DNA of 63,701 bases, filler included, from Octopus bimaculoides (taxonomy: Eukaryota): NCBI RefSeq assembly GCF_001194135.2. It is 7 parts of 7 records of this genome, joined end to end, with 100 filler letters (N's around TTAATTAATTAA, not from the genome) between each part and the next. Parts side by side here need not be neighbours in the genome. Positions count along the whole stretch, not along the records: positions 58,428 to 63,701 come from NC_068986.1; 6 more parts are not named here. One strand, given 5' to 3'. Both the position numbers and the translations under genes were made by a program. Shown here piece after piece: positions 62,217-63,701 of this stretch; position 1 is the stretch's first letter, and the number at the start of each line of letters is the position of its first letter. The notes below the pieces were generated by a model that was not told the DNA's origin, searched no databases, and was given only the letters and a program-made list of their open reading frames with translations.

Positions 62217-62866
62217 TGTGCGTGCGCTTATATGTATAGATACATACATTCATATATATACATACATACGTGCATACACATATACATATATACATACATA
62301 CATACACACACACATACACATGCATACATACATATGTACGTACATACATACATACATACATACATACATACATACATACATACATGCACACATACATACG
62401 TACGCACGTACATGCGTGCATCAGTCCTGAAATCCAGAATTTTCTGATATCGAAAATGTCTTCGAGTCATTTCCATTGAAATAAATTGAAACATTTGAAC
62501 TCAATGAATCACCTTCATTTTCTTATTTTACCTGACTGGCGTTTCAATAGATTCTTTCATAAAATGCCACAAACCTAATTATGAGCTGATCTGCGTATCT
62601 GCATGTCTTGTACAGTTTGGCATGTTAACTTGGAAATACGAAGGCTGAAGCCATACGAAACTCGTCCGCTCGATGTATATAGTGTGTATATAGTTATGAA
62701 TGTAACCGTATGCACACACACAAAATCTCCATCTCTTATATATATATATATATATTTCAAAAAGGGATAAAACTCTTTTGCAAGAATGTTATCAAGAAGC
62801 CAGTGTGTAAAAAAATTCATTAGGGAAATATCTATTCCCAAGAATATAATTATTCGTTTATATTTA

Positions 62867-63032
62867 TATAAAGGGCATTATTATAGAAAAATAATAACGC
62901 CACATAGTGGACTTCTCAATAAATAACCACATTTAGTACCTATGCGAGGAATAGGTACGGTACTAAATGTGGTTATTTTTTGAGAAGTCCACTGTGTGGC
63001 GTTATTATTTTTCTATAATAATGCCCTTTATA
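62867..63032. repeat. 166-bp near-perfect foldback (MITE-like)
   Basis: TATAAAGGGCATTATTATAGAAAAATAATAACGCCACA..CACATTTAGTACC pairs with GGTACTAAATGTG..GCCCTTTATA with 2 mismatches; inner hairpin GTACCTAT-GCGAGGA-ATAGGTAC. Confidence 0.9.
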
Positions 63033-63330
63033 NNNNNNNNNNTATATATATATTAAGGTAAACATACACTCATGTTTGTAGAAATAGTAACGGAAATGTA
63101 TATATATATGTCTACGTATGTATGCATGTGCGTATGTTTTGGTGTTGGCTAAAATGGCGCAACCAACGAAAAGCTTGATGTTCTATAGCGGATCGAGCAT
63201 GTTGACCAAAGAAAATATTCATTTATAGTAGACGCACCGCTTTCATAAGTCGTATTCACAGTCGACATTAATACTTTAAGCATTTTATTCGCAGTGGATT
63301 TATCCTTGTGCTAAACATGTAATTCTCTTT

Positions 63331-63331
63331 G

Positions 63332-63394
<63 letters not shown>

Positions 63395-63440
63395 GTCTGT
63401 CTGTCTGTCTGCCTGTCTAGCTGTCTGTCTGTCTGTCTCT
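63331..63440. repeat. (TATC)n/(TGTC)n microsatellite
   Basis: Directly visible. Confidence 0.95.
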
Positions 63441-63479
63441 TTATCTCTCTATGTATGTATCTCTTTCTCTCTATGCATA

Positions 63480-63670
63480 TGTAACTACATGTGGATCATT
63501 GACGAACTTTTTATCCATCTTCCTTTTCTCTTTGACTATCCTCTGTCTCACTTCCTGAACGACAGGTTTCCTCGAAACTTAAAAAAAAAATACATTTCTT
63601 TCCTTTCCTGAGCGTATTTTAATACTTTGCATGGACCACGTCCTCATGTTGTGTCTTTTTGATTATATAA
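63480..63670 (+). mobile_element. Possible Penelope-end-like repeat with a decayed hammerhead-like motif
   Basis: CTGAACGA-C-AGG-TTT-CCT-CGAAAC-TTA at 63555-63581; core and cleavage triplet are non-canonical. Confidence 0.35.

Positions 63671-63701
<31 letters not shown>

Noticed and set aside
2471-62421. Long ORFs in the track that span N-runs (e.g. 43951-45468, 51697-52791, 13828-14823)
   Set aside because: Length comes from X codons in assembly gaps and from stop-free microsatellites.
5486-62494. [16 protein letters not shown] and poly-M/I/H/L ORFs
   Set aside because: Translations of di-, tri- and tetranucleotide repeats, open on several frames at once.
62640-62672. CTGAAGC..GAAAC-TC-GTC as a hammerhead, or WHVNLEIRRLKPYETRPLD as an FN3-like exon
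   Set aside because: Core mismatch, no stem II and poor stem I; the exon reading has only a weak donor and a superficial motif.
1-63701. A single co-located multi-component system spanning the window
   Set aside because: Blocks are joined by artificial spacers, and the components are independent transposon relics typical of a repeat-rich animal genome.

Overview
Animal, not prokaryotic, DNA: AT-rich, dense in microsatellites and heavily gapped. The SINE repertoire and repeat landscape look like a cephalopod, probably Octopus (inference from recalled repeat families, not a database result). Six identical 100-nt spacers (44 N + TTAATTAATTAA + 44 N) show the window is a concatenation of seven separately assembled blocks. 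No host gene, tRNA/rRNA gene or CRISPR array can be supported; almost all long ORFs in the track are artefacts of N-runs or simple repeats. What the sequence does support: (1) about 25 copies or fragments of three tRNA-derived SINE families with swappable 3' modules; (2) decayed retroelements: a Penelope-like RT plus GIY-YIG element, an RTE 3' end and a CR1-like RT fragment; (3) DNA transposons: a 1.2-kb Tc1/mariner with DD36E spacing, two GG-terminated MITEs with perfect 8-bp TSDs, a pogo/Tigger-like MITE, a piggyBac-like mini-element, other foldbacks and a Helitron-like 3' end; (4) most interesting, a type-I hammerhead-ribozyme-like fold with a variant core (CCGACGA) at 47829-47874, in a head-to-head foldback. 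It has a collapsed sister copy at 37451-37540, and more degenerate hammerhead-like motifs lie at Penelope-like non-coding ends elsewhere in the window. A few unidentifiable exon candidates are flagged at low confidence.
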